A stretch of DNA of 64,000 nt, from NCBI GenBank assembly GCA_964398205.1, contig CAYNLU010000003.1:215-64214 (forward strand), in the 5' to 3' direction. The translations under genes were made by a program, and so were the position numbers. Of this stretch, positions 1 through 12,051 are shown in pieces (the stretch's first letter is position 1; every line of letters starts with the position of its first letter). Under the pieces are notes generated by a model, which had not been told where the DNA came from, searched no databases, and was given only the letters and a program-made list of their open reading frames with translations. The stretch comes from an uncultured Candidatus Saccharibacteria bacterium (GTDB taxonomy: Bacteria > Patescibacteriota > Minisyncoccia > Phycocordibacterales > UBA9973).

Positions 1-4
1 CTTA

Positions 5-622
5 ATGAAGAAAAAGTTTTTCAAATTCAATAGAGGAATGACCTATGTTGAGCTTATCGTAGTCTTATCTATTTCTGGACTTATCGCTGGGGTTTCTTTG
101 TTTAATTATAAAGAGTTTCAGATTAAAGTAGATATGAAAAACCTCGCGAATGATATAGCGAGTAAAATAGTTGAAGCTCAAAAAAATTCTATTTCTGGAA
201 AATTACCTTTAATTTCTCAACCTTCAAATTGGAAGCCGTCTTATGGAATTTCTTTTAAAACTATCAATGCTTCGACTAATAGGAATTTTTACCTATTTAC
301 AGATTATATGAATGCAGGTACTCAAGATAAAAAAGTTTCTGCTTCTGATATTACTAATTGTCCTAGTGGAGAATGTACTCAAGTTGTAACTATTAATAAC
401 AATTATTATATTGAAAGCATTAAATCTTATACTTCTGGAAACGGTACAGCCTTGAATACTCCTTTGCACATAACCTTTACTCGTCCGAATTCAGGGGCTT
501 TGTTCTATAACGATACTGCTCAAATTATTACTGATTATATAGAAATCAAACTTTCCAGTTTAAATAATTCAACAAAAGTTTTAATTAAAATATATCCTTC
601 AGGTAGAGTAGAAATAATATAA
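5..622 (+). CDS. type IV pilin / pseudopilin-like protein (class III prepilin signal)
   Basis: N-terminus MKKKFFKFNRG|MTYVELIVVLSI matches the prepilin peptidase motif (G|xTxVEL plus hydrophobic helix). First of four tandem pilin-like genes. Confidence 0.6.
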   Translation: MKKKFFKFNRGMTYVELIVVLSISGLIAGVSLFNYKEFQIKVDMKNLANDIASKIVEAQKNSISGKLPLISQPSNWKPSYGISFKTINASTNRNFYLFTDYMNAGTQDKKVSASDITNCPSGECTQVVTINNNYYIESIKSYTSGNGTALNTPLHITFTRPNSGALFYNDTAQIITDYIEIKLSSLNNSTKVLIKIYPSGRVEII

Positions 623-1266
623 TGAATAAAATTTTTTTAAAATTTAATAGAGGTTATACTATAATCGAGATGATGATTGCGATTTCGATTTTCCTTATTG
701 TTGTATCTATCGGTATGAACGGACTTTTGCAGTCTAATCTAGTTTTGAATAAATCTAGAGACATGCGAAATATCATGGATAATCTTTCTTTTATTATGGA
801 AGATATGTCTCGTAGTATTAGAACTGGGTATAAATATCGTTGTTATGACGTTGGTTTAGTTTGGAGCCCATCTTTTGCTCAAGATTCTAGTTTAGAAACT
901 CCGCGTAGTTGTACTTCTGGTCACGCTATCGCTTTCGAAGAAGCTACGACTGGTTCTAGTGGAGATTATACTGATCAATGGGTCTATAAATTTGATTACA
1001 ATAATCAAACTGGAGGATTTTCTATTTATAAATCCATCGACGGTGGATTAAATTTTTATCCTCTTAATGATCCTAAAATTATTTTGAATAATACTTCAGG
1101 TATTTCAGTTCTAGCTGCAGAGCCACAAAGTGCTGATCCTGTTAATGACGGACAACCTTTTGTAATTATTAAATTATCTGGTGAAGTTAACTATAAGGGG
1201 ATTAAGACTCCGTTTAATTTGCAAACCTCAGTTTCTCAAACTTTAATCGATATAACCCCACCTTAA
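622..1266 (+). CDS. type IV pilin / pseudopilin-like protein
   Basis: N-terminus LKFNRG|YTIIEMMIAISIFLIVV is a prepilin-type signal with Glu at +5. Start overlaps the previous stop. Confidence 0.6.
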   Translation: MNKIFLKFNRGYTIIEMMIAISIFLIVVSIGMNGLLQSNLVLNKSRDMRNIMDNLSFIMEDMSRSIRTGYKYRCYDVGLVWSPSFAQDSSLETPRSCTSGHAIAFEEATTGSSGDYTDQWVYKFDYNNQTGGFSIYKSIDGGLNFYPLNDPKIILNNTSGISVLAAEPQSADPVNDGQPFVIIKLSGEVNYKGIKTPFNLQTSVSQTLIDITPP

Positions 1267-1273
1267 TATATTT

Positions 1274-1864
1274 ATGATTTTTAAAAAAATACAATTTAAT
1301 AAAGGATTAACTTTGGTTGAAACCTTGGTAGCTATATCTATTTTTACTATTGCTCTCGTAGGTATGCTAAATATCACCGGAGGAAGTATTGCCGATACTA
1401 CTTACGCTAAAGATAAAATTACAGCAAACTATCTCGCTTCTGAAGGTGTCGAATATATTCGTAATTTACGTGATACTTATAATCTTTATGAGGCAAATGG
1501 TTGGCAAAACTTTTTAGATAAATTAGCTGTTTGTAAAGTTGAAAATAAAACTGGTTGCTATATTAATCCACAAAATATTAATTTTAGTAATCAAACTCAA
1601 CCGATGAAAGCTTTAGAAGTTTATGCTTGTGTTTCTGGTATTTGTCCTAATTTTTATTTTGAACCTAGTCTTGCAGTTTATAAATATAATTATACTTCTG
1701 GGAATAATACTTCTTTTAGTCGTAAAATTTTTATACAAGAAGTTCCAACTCAAAATATTCAAGACAGAGAAATTTTGATTACTTCAAGTGTTTCTTTTAC
1801 TACTGGTCGTAGATCAAATACTGTTACTTTTAAAACTTATTTAAAAAATTGGAATGAATTTTAA
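1274..1864 (+). CDS. type IV pilin / pseudopilin-like protein
   Basis: N-terminus IQFNKG|LTLVETLVAISIFTIALVG is a canonical class III signal peptide. Confidence 0.6.
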   Translation: MIFKKIQFNKGLTLVETLVAISIFTIALVGMLNITGGSIADTTYAKDKITANYLASEGVEYIRNLRDTYNLYEANGWQNFLDKLAVCKVENKTGCYINPQNINFSNQTQPMKALEVYACVSGICPNFYFEPSLAVYKYNYTSGNNTSFSRKIFIQEVPTQNIQDREILITSSVSFTTGRRSNTVTFKTYLKNWNEF

Positions 1865-2396
1865 TATGAAAATTTTTAATCTAAAAAAGAATAAAAAAGA
1901 TAAAGGTTTTGTAATACTTTTCGCTGTGATTTTAGTGAGTATTATTTTATCAGTATCTATCGGTTTATCAGATATAGTATACAAAGAATTAAGTTTCGGT
2001 ACTCAAGCTCACAATACCGGAGAAGCTTTTTTAGCTGCGGATACGGGAGCTGAATGCGCGTTGCTTTATGAATTTAAGGGTAGTTTTATAACTTCTAACA
2101 ACGCTAGTATTTATGGTTATCCTACTACTGATGATGAGCCTTTAAACGTAGAATGCGCGGGTAGTAATATATCTCTAAATCTAAACGAGAACGGTTTATA
2201 TTCTTCTACTGGGCCTTGGGTATTTTATTTACCTAATTTAGGCTCGACTGGTAAGGCTTGCGCTAAGGTGCAAGTGACTAAAACTGGAGGCTCGACAAAT
2301 ATAATTTCGAAAGGTTATAGTAAAGGAGGTGATACTACAAATTGTTATTCTGTAGATCCTAATACAGTAGAACGTGAAATCGAAATTAATTTATAA
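1854..2396 (+). CDS. PilX-like minor pilin (N-terminal hydrophobic pilin-like helix)
   Basis: KDKG|FVILFAVILVSIILSVSIGL resembles the PilX N-terminal domain but has no Glu at +5. Overlaps the previous gene by 11 nt. Confidence 0.4.
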   Translation: MNFNMKIFNLKKNKKDKGFVILFAVILVSIILSVSIGLSDIVYKELSFGTQAHNTGEAFLAADTGAECALLYEFKGSFITSNNASIYGYPTTDDEPLNVECAGSNISLNLNENGLYSSTGPWVFYLPNLGSTGKACAKVQVTKTGGSTNIISKGYSKGGDTTNCYSVDPNTVEREIEINL

Positions 2397-4451
<2,055 letters not shown>

Positions 4452-4466
4452 TGATATAATTCAATT

Positions 4467-5414
4467 ATGATTATTACAGATATATTTATTTTTATTTCCG
4501 CTTTGTTTTTCGTAGTAAAATCTTCTTCTTGGGCTACTAAATACGCAGAAAATTTGGCTAATGGTTTCAGAGTTTCAAAGTATACAATAGGTTTTTTAAT
4601 TGTCGCTTTAATTTCAATTTTACCAGAAACTATTATTTCTTTGATGGCGTCTTTAGAAGGGAACCCGTCTTTTGGGTTGGGTGTTTTGCTAGGTTCAAAT
4701 ACGACAGATTTGACTTTAATTATGGGTCTTTTGATTTTCTTAAATAAAAAATCCCTAAAAGTAGAGAGTAATATTTTAAAATCAACTATTGTATATCCTT
4801 TTATTCTTCTTATTCCAATTATTTTAGGGTTTGATGGCTATTACTCGAGGCCAGAAGGCTTTGTGCTTATCTTAGTAGGTTTATTCTTTTACTATTTTTT
4901 GATTAAAAAAAATAAAACAGTTGCTAGTGAAAATATAGAATATGATTTTGATCACAAAAAAAATCGTGTATTAAATTTTCTAATTTTATTAATCTCGATG
5001 ATAGTTTTGTTAATATCTTCGCATTTTACTTTAACTTCAGCTATCAATATAGCTAACTTTTTTCATATTAGTCCTGTTTTGATTGCTTTAGTTATAGTTG
5101 GTGTTGGAACAACTATGCCAGAATTTTTCTTTTCTTTAAATTCTTTAAGATTAAAAGATAACAGTATGGCTATCGGAGATATTTTAGGAACAGTTTTAGC
5201 GGATGCTACTATCGTGATAGGTATTTTGGCTTCTATGCTACCTTTTCATTTTCCTGTAAAAATTATTTATATTAGCGGGATGTTTATGTTTTTGTCGTCG
5301 GCTATTTTGTTTTATTTTATGAAAACTGGCAAGAAAATAAGTTTAAAAGAAGCTTATCTATTAATTTCTATCTGGTTCCTATTCGTTTTAACTGAGTTTT
5401 TATTTAATCTTTAA
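4467..5414 (+). CDS. Na+/Ca2+ exchanger (CaCA family) membrane protein
   Basis: Two alpha-repeat signatures, LGSNTTDLTLI and GVGTTMPEFFFSL, in a multi-TM hydrophobic protein. Confidence 0.65.
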   Translation: MIITDIFIFISALFFVVKSSSWATKYAENLANGFRVSKYTIGFLIVALISILPETIISLMASLEGNPSFGLGVLLGSNTTDLTLIMGLLIFLNKKSLKVESNILKSTIVYPFILLIPIILGFDGYYSRPEGFVLILVGLFFYYFLIKKNKTVASENIEYDFDHKKNRVLNFLILLISMIVLLISSHFTLTSAINIANFFHISPVLIALVIVGVGTTMPEFFFSLNSLRLKDNSMAIGDILGTVLADATIVIGILASMLPFHFPVKIIYISGMFMFLSSAILFYFMKTGKKISLKEAYLLISIWFLFVLTEFLFNL

Positions 5415-5497
5415 GAGAAATAATAACTAAATTTTAAAGAAATATAAAAATCAAAATATTTTGTAAATTATTCTATTTTAGTATAGAGTATATTTAC

Positions 5498-5584
5498 GGA
5501 GAGTTCGCATAGCGGTCTAGTGCGCAGACCTGGAAAGTCTGTATGTCTTAACGGGCATCGAGGGTTCGAATCCCTCACTCTCCG
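5498..5584 (+). tRNA. tRNA-Ser (anticodon GGA)
   Basis: Hand-folded cloverleaf. Acceptor GGAGAGT/ACTCTCC, anticodon stem CAGAC/GTCTG with loop CTGGAAA, long variable arm (ATGTC..GGCAT), T-arm GAGGG-TTCGAAT-CCCTC, discriminator G. No encoded CCA. Confidence 0.8.
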
Positions 5585-5609
5585 CAGGAAATCGTGTTAT
5601 AATATACCT

Positions 5610-5864
5610 ATGGAAAACCTTTTACAATCCGAAATATTTTTCTTTATTTCAAGCGTTTCTTTTATATTATTAACGATATTGCTTTCTGTTGCCGTAATTT
5701 ATATTATTTCGATTTTGCGAGATTTTAAATCAATATCTCGTAAGATTAAAAATGGAGCTGATTATGCAGGTGAGCATGTAGAAGAATTAGCAAAGAATTT
5801 AGAAGATAGTGCAATTTATAAATTTATTTTTGGTAAAAAAAGAAAATCCAAAACTAAAAAATAA
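5610..5864 (+). CDS. small hypothetical membrane protein
   Basis: The track ORF 5520-5864 overlaps the tRNA. The plausible start is the internal Met (MENLLQSE...). One TM helix followed by a Lys-rich tail. Confidence 0.35.
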   Translation: MENLLQSEIFFFISSVSFILLTILLSVAVIYIISILRDFKSISRKIKNGADYAGEHVEELAKNLEDSAIYKFIFGKKRKSKTKK

Positions 5865-5903
5865 AATTATTATTAATTAATTTATCCTCCGTCGCATAAA
5901 GCT

Positions 5904-6272
5904 ATGAAGGACAAGAATGTTATGAAAAAGAAAACAAATAAAACAGGCAGTTCAATTAAAAAAGGAGTAGCGTTAGGAGTAGTTGGAGCTTTAGCTTATG
6001 AATTCTTGGGTCCAGACGGTAAAAAGAATCAAAAGAAAGTTATGAAGCTTGGTAAAGAATTAAAGAAAGATGCTCTGGACGTATTCGAAGAAGTGAAGGA
6101 AACTTTAGAGCCTACTTATAAAAAAGTAATGAAAGAAGTTAAAAAGATAGATAAAAAAGATGTAAAGAAAAAAGTTAATGAAGTTAAGAAAGATATCAAA
6201 AAGGTTGCTAAGAAAGTAGAGACTAAGGTAAAGAAGATTATTAAAGATAAGAAGACTACTAAAAAGAAATAA
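5904..6272 (+). CDS. lysine-rich small hypothetical protein
   Basis: 122-aa ORF with an N-terminal hydrophobic segment (GVALGVVGALAYEFLG) and a highly K/E-rich tail. No recognisable domain. Confidence 0.4.
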   Translation: MKDKNVMKKKTNKTGSSIKKGVALGVVGALAYEFLGPDGKKNQKKVMKLGKELKKDALDVFEEVKETLEPTYKKVMKEVKKIDKKDVKKKVNEVKKDIKKVAKKVETKVKKIIKDKKTTKKK

Positions 6273-7021
6273 TGCCTAAGAACTTCTTTTTGATAAATAA
6301 AAAGGAAGGCGAAACCCCTCTAGAAGCTCTAGAGGTTTTTCGTAATAAAAATAAAATATCTAAAAATATACCTATGACTTATGCGGGGCGTTTAGATCCG
6401 ATGGCTTCTGGAGTACTTATACTTTTGGTTGGGGAAGAATGCAAGAATAAAGATAAATATTTAAATCTAGATAAAGAATATGAATTTCAAGTTCTTTTCG
6501 GTTTTGCTACGGACACTTATGATATTTTAGGTAAAGTTATCTCTACGAAGGGTAACCCTTCGGAAATTAATGATTTGGATAAATTAATTAAAAAGAATAT
6601 TAAAAACTTTAAAGGTAAAAGAATTCAAAAGTATCCGATATATTCTTCGAAGACAGTAGAAGGTAAACCTCTCTTTTCTTATGCGAGAGAGGGTAAAGAA
6701 ATAGAAATTCCAGAACGCGAAGTATATATTAAATCTTTAAATTATTTAGGTTTAAAGAAAATTTCTGCTAAAAGTCTTTTGAATAAAATAAATACAAGAG
6801 TAGGTAAGGTGAAAGGTGATTTTCGTCAAAAAGAAATACTTAAGCTTTGGGATAAAAATTTAAATTTAAATAATAGTTTCTATATTGCGGATTTTAAGGT
6901 GAAATGTACCTCGGGAACCTACGTACGTACGATTGCTAATGATTTAGGTGAGAATATAGGCATACCAGCTTTAGCTTATAGTATCAATAGGATAAAGGTT
7001 GGAAGATATGCTAAAATATAG
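6272..7021 (+). CDS. truB: tRNA pseudouridine(55) synthase TruB
   Basis: Catalytic motif YAGRLDPMASGVLILLVG (GxLDPxAxGVL) with the catalytic Asp. Length 249 aa. Confidence 0.8.
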   Translation: MPKNFFLINKKEGETPLEALEVFRNKNKISKNIPMTYAGRLDPMASGVLILLVGEECKNKDKYLNLDKEYEFQVLFGFATDTYDILGKVISTKGNPSEINDLDKLIKKNIKNFKGKRIQKYPIYSSKTVEGKPLFSYAREGKEIEIPEREVYIKSLNYLGLKKISAKSLLNKINTRVGKVKGDFRQKEILKLWDKNLNLNNSFYIADFKVKCTSGTYVRTIANDLGENIGIPALAYSINRIKVGRYAKI

Positions 7022-7024
7022 ATT

Positions 7025-7945
7025 ATGGAAATGCAAACGATATTGGGTATTGTATTCGGGGTTCTAGTTTTAGGCTTTTTGATAGCTGATTTAGGATTTT
7101 TTAATAAAAAGAGTCATAAAATTGGATTTAAACCAGCCTTATACCAATCAATCTTTTGGATTTTAGTATCTTTGATATTCGGAGGATTGATTTTCTTTTT
7201 TATAGATAAGAATACCGCAATCGAATATTTTAGTGCTTATGTCACCGAAAAGATGCTCTCAGTAGATAATCTTTTCGTGATAATGCTTATCTTTAATTAT
7301 TTTAAATTAGAGGAGAAATATCATCATCGAGTTTTATTTTGGGGAATTTTAGGGGCGATTATTTTTCGAGCTTTATTTATTTTAACCGGATCTTATATTA
7401 TAAATCAATTCCACTTTGTCCTTTATATTTTTGGAGCGATTTTATTATATACCGGTATAAAGTTATTGTGGGTTAAGAAAGAAGAGCATATTGATTTTAA
7501 GCATAGCGGAGTTATTAAATTCTTGCATAAAATTTTTCCTTTCACAGATAGTCATCATGGAGGTAAATTCTTTTTAAGGCAAAATGGAAAGTTTTTCTTT
7601 ACCTCTTTGTTTATGATAGTTGCCCTAGTTGAGATAACTGATATTATTTTTGCGGTTGATTCTATTCCCGCAGTATTCTCTATCTCTCAAAATCTTTTCG
7701 TAGTTTTTACTTCAAATATTTTTGCTATCCTCGGACTTCGAGCTTTATTCTTTCTACTCGAGCACGTACTGCATCGTTTTCATCATTTGCAAAAAGGCTT
7801 AGCGGTGATATTGATTTTTATTGGAATTAAGATGCTCATAGGTATTTTAGGTTTACATATTTCTTCTCTTATTTCTTTCGGAGTTATTATGTTTGCTTTA
7901 TTATTTTCAATAATGTTATCTTTTATTTTTCCTAAGAAAATTTAA
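7025..7945 (+). CDS. TerC family integral membrane protein
   Basis: Signature motifs SVDNLFVIMLIF and FAVDSIPAVFSIS in a multi-TM protein. Confidence 0.65.
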   Translation: MEMQTILGIVFGVLVLGFLIADLGFFNKKSHKIGFKPALYQSIFWILVSLIFGGLIFFFIDKNTAIEYFSAYVTEKMLSVDNLFVIMLIFNYFKLEEKYHHRVLFWGILGAIIFRALFILTGSYIINQFHFVLYIFGAILLYTGIKLLWVKKEEHIDFKHSGVIKFLHKIFPFTDSHHGGKFFLRQNGKFFFTSLFMIVALVEITDIIFAVDSIPAVFSISQNLFVVFTSNIFAILGLRALFFLLEHVLHRFHHLQKGLAVILIFIGIKMLIGILGLHISSLISFGVIMFALLFSIMLSFIFPKKI

Positions 7946-7947
7946 AT

Positions 7948-10941
7948 ATGTCTTTATTTGATGAACAATATAAAAATTTAAATAAACTTCAAAAAGAAGC
8001 CGTCGATACTATAGAAGGTCCGGTAATGGTAGTTGCGGGGCCGGGAACTGGGAAAACTCAAATCCTCGCTTTACGTATTGGGAATATTTTAAAGAATACC
8101 GATACGAATGCAGATTCTATACTTTGTCTAACTTTCACTCGTTCAGGAGTGCAAGCGATGAAAAACCGTCTTTTGCAATATATCGGAAATGAAGCAAATA
8201 AAGTAAAGGTTTCTACTTTTCACTCTTTTGCTATAGAAATAATCGAGAAATATTATACCTTTTTAGATTTTCCTCAAATGCCTAAGCTTATCGAAGAAGA
8301 CGAAGCAGTATTTTTAGTTGATGATATTTTAGAAAATTATTCTTGGGAATATTTGCGACCCCGTACTAATCCGCAAATGTATTTCAATGATCTTAAAAGT
8401 TTAATCTCTATTTTGAAAAGGGAACGTATCACCGTAGAAGAATTCGAGAATCAGATTCGGAAAGATATAGAATTTTTAGAAAATGATCCTGAATCTATCT
8501 CTACGAGAGGAGAGAGTAAAGGTAAGATTAAAAAAGAAATTGAGAAAAAAATAGAAAGCCTTTCTCGTACTTTAGAAGTTGTAGAATTTTATCGTGTTTA
8601 TGAAGAGCGGAAAAGAGAATTATTCCTTATAGATTATGATGACGTTTTAGAGTTTGCCCTATCTATAGTTTCAAATTCTGAAGATGCTAGAGCTACAATT
8701 TATGAAAATTATCAATACATATTAGTCGATGAGCATCAAGATTCAAGCGGAGTGCAAAATAGTTTTTTGAAAGCTGTTTGGGGAGAAGTCGAGAATCCTA
8801 ATATTTTTGTAGTGGGAGATGATAGGCAACTTATCTATGCTTTTTCTGGTGCAAATCTTTCTTATTTTGAAGAATTTGCAAATTATTTCGGTCGTGCGAA
8901 ACTTATCACTCTCGTTGAGAATTATCGTTCGACTTCTAAAATCCTTGACTTAGCTCATTCTCTATTAGAGAGTTCTATCTCAAAAGAAAAACTAAGGAGC
9001 AATAAAGAAATCGGTGACGACGTTACTTTGCGAGCTTATGAATATCCTAGAGATGAAATACTCGGAGCCGGGCTTTATTTCAAAAGCCTAATCGAGCAAG
9101 GCGAGAGTTTAAACGAGATGGCGATTTTAGTACCGAAGAATTATCAAGTTAGGATGGCGAATTCGATATTAAGGAATTTAAATTTACCAGTTTTAGATCA
9201 AAGTAATCTTTCACTTTTTTCACTAAATAAAACTGATTCTTTCCTTAGAATTTTAAAAATTATCGATAATCCTTTTGACTCTGTATCTATCTCTTATTCA
9301 CTTTTAGATAAATATTCCGGTATAGATAAACTCGAAGCTCACCGTTATTTAGAAGAGAAGAAAAGAGAGGATTTGAGTTTGGATAATTTACTTGAAAATC
9401 AAGGCACCGGTTTATTTGTAAACGAAAACAATATTTTTAAATGGGGTAAATTATTGAAATCGCTTTTAGATAAAAAAGACGAAAAGCTTTCTTTCTTGGT
9501 TAGTGAAATTGGAAATATTATATATATTAATAATTCGGAAGATAATTCGGATTTATTAGAAAACGTAGAATTTGTTAGAACTTTTATTCATCTAGCTATG
9601 ATGTTCGAAACTAAAAATCTAAATCCAACTATTGGTGAATTTTTGAATTATATAGAAAGACTTAAAATTTATGGTAATCATATCGACGTAGCAACTTTAG
9701 GTAAAAATAAAGGTATCGAAGTTATGACCTTGCATAAATCTAAAGGTTTAGAATATAAATACGTTTGGATCGCGCATATGAATGAAGAAACCCTGATGTC
9801 CGAGAAGAGGAGCGCTTTTACTCTACCCGAGTACGTCAAAGATCGTTTAGCAAAACGTAGCCAAGAAGACGCGAAGAGAGAGTTGTACGTAGCGATTACT
9901 CGAGCTCGAGAATATTGTACTTTATCTTACGCTAATCTTAATTATACAGGTAGTGAATTAAGTCTCGCTTCGATTATAGAAGAATTACCAGATATGCATT
10001 TTATTAAAAAATCTCAAGAAGAAAATGAGCGTGAATTATTAGAAAATTCTATCAACGGTCCTAAAATATTTACTGGAAGCTTTATAGAGGAAGCAAAAGA
10101 GAAAGGTGAATCCGAGATTTTAAATGAGATTAATAATTTTGTGAAAGAAAATTATAAAGACACTAAGGTTTCAGTCTCTTTACTAAATAATTTCTTCGAA
10201 TGTCCTTTCAAATGGTATTTTAGAAATTTCTTGAAATTGCCTGAAGTTAAAAGCGTATCTCTCGCTCTAGGTAGTACCGTTCATAATACTATTGAATTTA
10301 TTTTGAAGAATAAAAATAATTTCGACGCTGAAAGTCTAAAAGTTTTTATAGATAAATCTCTACGAAAAGAGGGAGTGAGTGATACTCGAGAACTCGCACG
10401 TTTGAGTAAAGATGCAAATTCTATAATAGAAGATTTCTTGAAAGATTTTTATAAAACTATATCTGTCGATTTTTCTTCTGAGCGATCTGTATCTTTATCT
10501 GATAAAGAACTCGGTATTAATATTTATGGTAAACTTGATCTTACTGAAAATACCGAAGACGGAAGGATAATAATTACGGATTTTAAAACAGGTAAACCGA
10601 AAACTAAAACTGAAATCGAGAAGATAGATGAAGAAGGACGCATGTCTCCTTATATGCGTCAACTCGCTATGTATTCTTATTTAGTTTCCGAATCTCAAAA
10701 AGGAGGAGTAGATATTTCGAGATTGCTTTTCCTTGAAGCTGAGATTAATGATAAAAATAAAATTTATCAAAGTCATATCGATAATGAAAAGATAGATTTA
10801 TTGCGTAGAGATATCAAGGATTACGTAGAAGCTTTAGAGGGTGGAGATTGGATGGAAAGGGAATGCAAATTCAAATCTTTCGGAGGCAAAAACGAACCTT
10901 GCCCTCACTGCACTTTAGCTAAAAATATATTTTTGAAATAA
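7948..10941 (+). CDS. UvrD/PcrA-type SF1 helicase fused to a C-terminal RecB/Cas4-like PD-(D/E)XK nuclease with Cys cluster
   Basis: Walker A VVAGPGTGKTQ and UvrD motifs (TFHSFA, VDEHQD, LVENYRS). C-terminal ITDFKTGK and QLAMYSYL (QxxxY) nuclease motifs. Cys pattern C...C-x11-C-x2-C (ECPFKW ... CKFKSFGGKNEPCPHC) resembles the AddB/Cas4 Fe-S staple. Confidence 0.7.
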   Translation: MSLFDEQYKNLNKLQKEAVDTIEGPVMVVAGPGTGKTQILALRIGNILKNTDTNADSILCLTFTRSGVQAMKNRLLQYIGNEANKVKVSTFHSFAIEIIEKYYTFLDFPQMPKLIEEDEAVFLVDDILENYSWEYLRPRTNPQMYFNDLKSLISILKRERITVEEFENQIRKDIEFLENDPESISTRGESKGKIKKEIEKKIESLSRTLEVVEFYRVYEERKRELFLIDYDDVLEFALSIVSNSEDARATIYENYQYILVDEHQDSSGVQNSFLKAVWGEVENPNIFVVGDDRQLIYAFSGANLSYFEEFANYFGRAKLITLVENYRSTSKILDLAHSLLESSISKEKLRSNKEIGDDVTLRAYEYPRDEILGAGLYFKSLIEQGESLNEMAILVPKNYQVRMANSILRNLNLPVLDQSNLSLFSLNKTDSFLRILKIIDNPFDSVSISYSLLDKYSGIDKLEAHRYLEEKKREDLSLDNLLENQGTGLFVNENNIFKWGKLLKSLLDKKDEKLSFLVSEIGNIIYINNSEDNSDLLENVEFVRTFIHLAMMFETKNLNPTIGEFLNYIERLKIYGNHIDVATLGKNKGIEVMTLHKSKGLEYKYVWIAHMNEETLMSEKRSAFTLPEYVKDRLAKRSQEDAKRELYVAITRAREYCTLSYANLNYTGSELSLASIIEELPDMHFIKKSQEENERELLENSINGPKIFTGSFIEEAKEKGESEILNEINNFVKENYKDTKVSVSLLNNFFECPFKWYFRNFLKLPEVKSVSLALGSTVHNTIEFILKNKNNFDAESLKVFIDKSLRKEGVSDTRELARLSKDANSIIEDFLKDFYKTISVDFSSERSVSLSDKELGINIYGKLDLTENTEDGRIIITDFKTGKPKTKTEIEKIDEEGRMSPYMRQLAMYSYLVSESQKGGVDISRLLFLEAEINDKNKIYQSHIDNEKIDLLRRDIKDYVEALEGGDWMERECKFKSFGGKNEPCPHCTLAKNIFLK

Positions 10942-10982
10942 TTTGCAAATCACTTATTTTGTAGTATATTTTATATATTAAT

Positions 10983-12017
10983 ATGCATAAGAAAGTAAAT
11001 ACAAAATCTAAAGAAGAACTTATAAAAGATATAGAAAATGAGAATTTTCGACGTAAAACTATATCTTTTTATAAATACGTGAAAATCGAGAATCCGAAAG
11101 AGATGCGGGATTTTTTATTTGATAAATTTGAAAGTTTAAATTGTCTCGGGAGAATTTATATTGCGAGTGAAGGTATAAATGCTCAGATGAACGTTCCGGA
11201 GCATAATTGGGAAGCATTTGATAACTTTATTCAAAATACTAAAGAATTTGCCGGTGTGCCTTATAAGGTAGCGGTAGAAGAAAAAGGTAAATCTAGTTTC
11301 TTGAAATTGATAGTGAAAGTTCGCCCTAAGATTGTTGCCGACGGACTTGATGACTCTACTTTTGATCCTTCCAATACCGGAGCATACGCTACTGCGGAAG
11401 AGGTAAATAATATGATAGATAGAGGAGTGACAGTTATCGATATGCGTAATATTTACGAAGCTGCTATCGGGCATTTTGAAAATGCCAAACTTATGAACGT
11501 AGATACTTTTCGTGAGCAATTAAAAAAGGTTACCGATATGTTCAAAGATAAAAAAGATGAAGAAGTTTTACTTTATTGTACTGGGGGAATTCGTTGTGAG
11601 AAAGCTTCAGCTTGGATGAAGCATAACGGTTTTCAAAACGTAAAGCATATCAAAGGAGGAATTATAGATTACGCTCATCAAGTCAAAGAGAAAGGTTTAC
11701 AAAATAAATTTAAAGGTAAGAATTTCGTTTTCGATGAACGTATGGGAGAGAAGATAGGGGACGAGATTATCTCAGATTGCCAGGTTTGCGAGAAAGTAAA
11801 ATGCGACGATTATATGCATTGCAAGAATACTTCTTGTCACGTTTTGTTTATTTGTTGTGAGAATTGTAAAACTAAATTAGCTGGATATTGTAGCAAGATT
11901 TGTCATATTTGCGATAAATTCCCTAAAAAAGTAAATCAGTTCATAGTAGGTAAAAATAGACAAAGTCACAAAAATCAATTCAAAAAGAATTACAAAAGAA
12001 TTAAAACCCTAAACTAA
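10983..12017 (+). CDS. trhO: rhodanese-domain tRNA uridine(34) hydroxylase TrhO (YceA/UPF0176)
   Basis: Rhodanese active site YCTGGIRCEKASAWM plus a C-terminal Cys-rich tail. Typical TrhO architecture. Confidence 0.65.
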   Translation: MHKKVNTKSKEELIKDIENENFRRKTISFYKYVKIENPKEMRDFLFDKFESLNCLGRIYIASEGINAQMNVPEHNWEAFDNFIQNTKEFAGVPYKVAVEEKGKSSFLKLIVKVRPKIVADGLDDSTFDPSNTGAYATAEEVNNMIDRGVTVIDMRNIYEAAIGHFENAKLMNVDTFREQLKKVTDMFKDKKDEEVLLYCTGGIRCEKASAWMKHNGFQNVKHIKGGIIDYAHQVKEKGLQNKFKGKNFVFDERMGEKIGDEIISDCQVCEKVKCDDYMHCKNTSCHVLFICCENCKTKLAGYCSKICHICDKFPKKVNQFIVGKNRQSHKNQFKKNYKRIKTLN

Positions 12018-12051
12018 AAAATCTCTTTAATAAGAGATTTTTTAGTTTGTA

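Noticed and set aside
5520-5864. Track ORF starting inside tRNA-Ser
   Set aside because: The first 30 codons overlap the tRNA-Ser(GGA) gene (5498-5584). Only the downstream Met (5610) gives a plausible small membrane protein.
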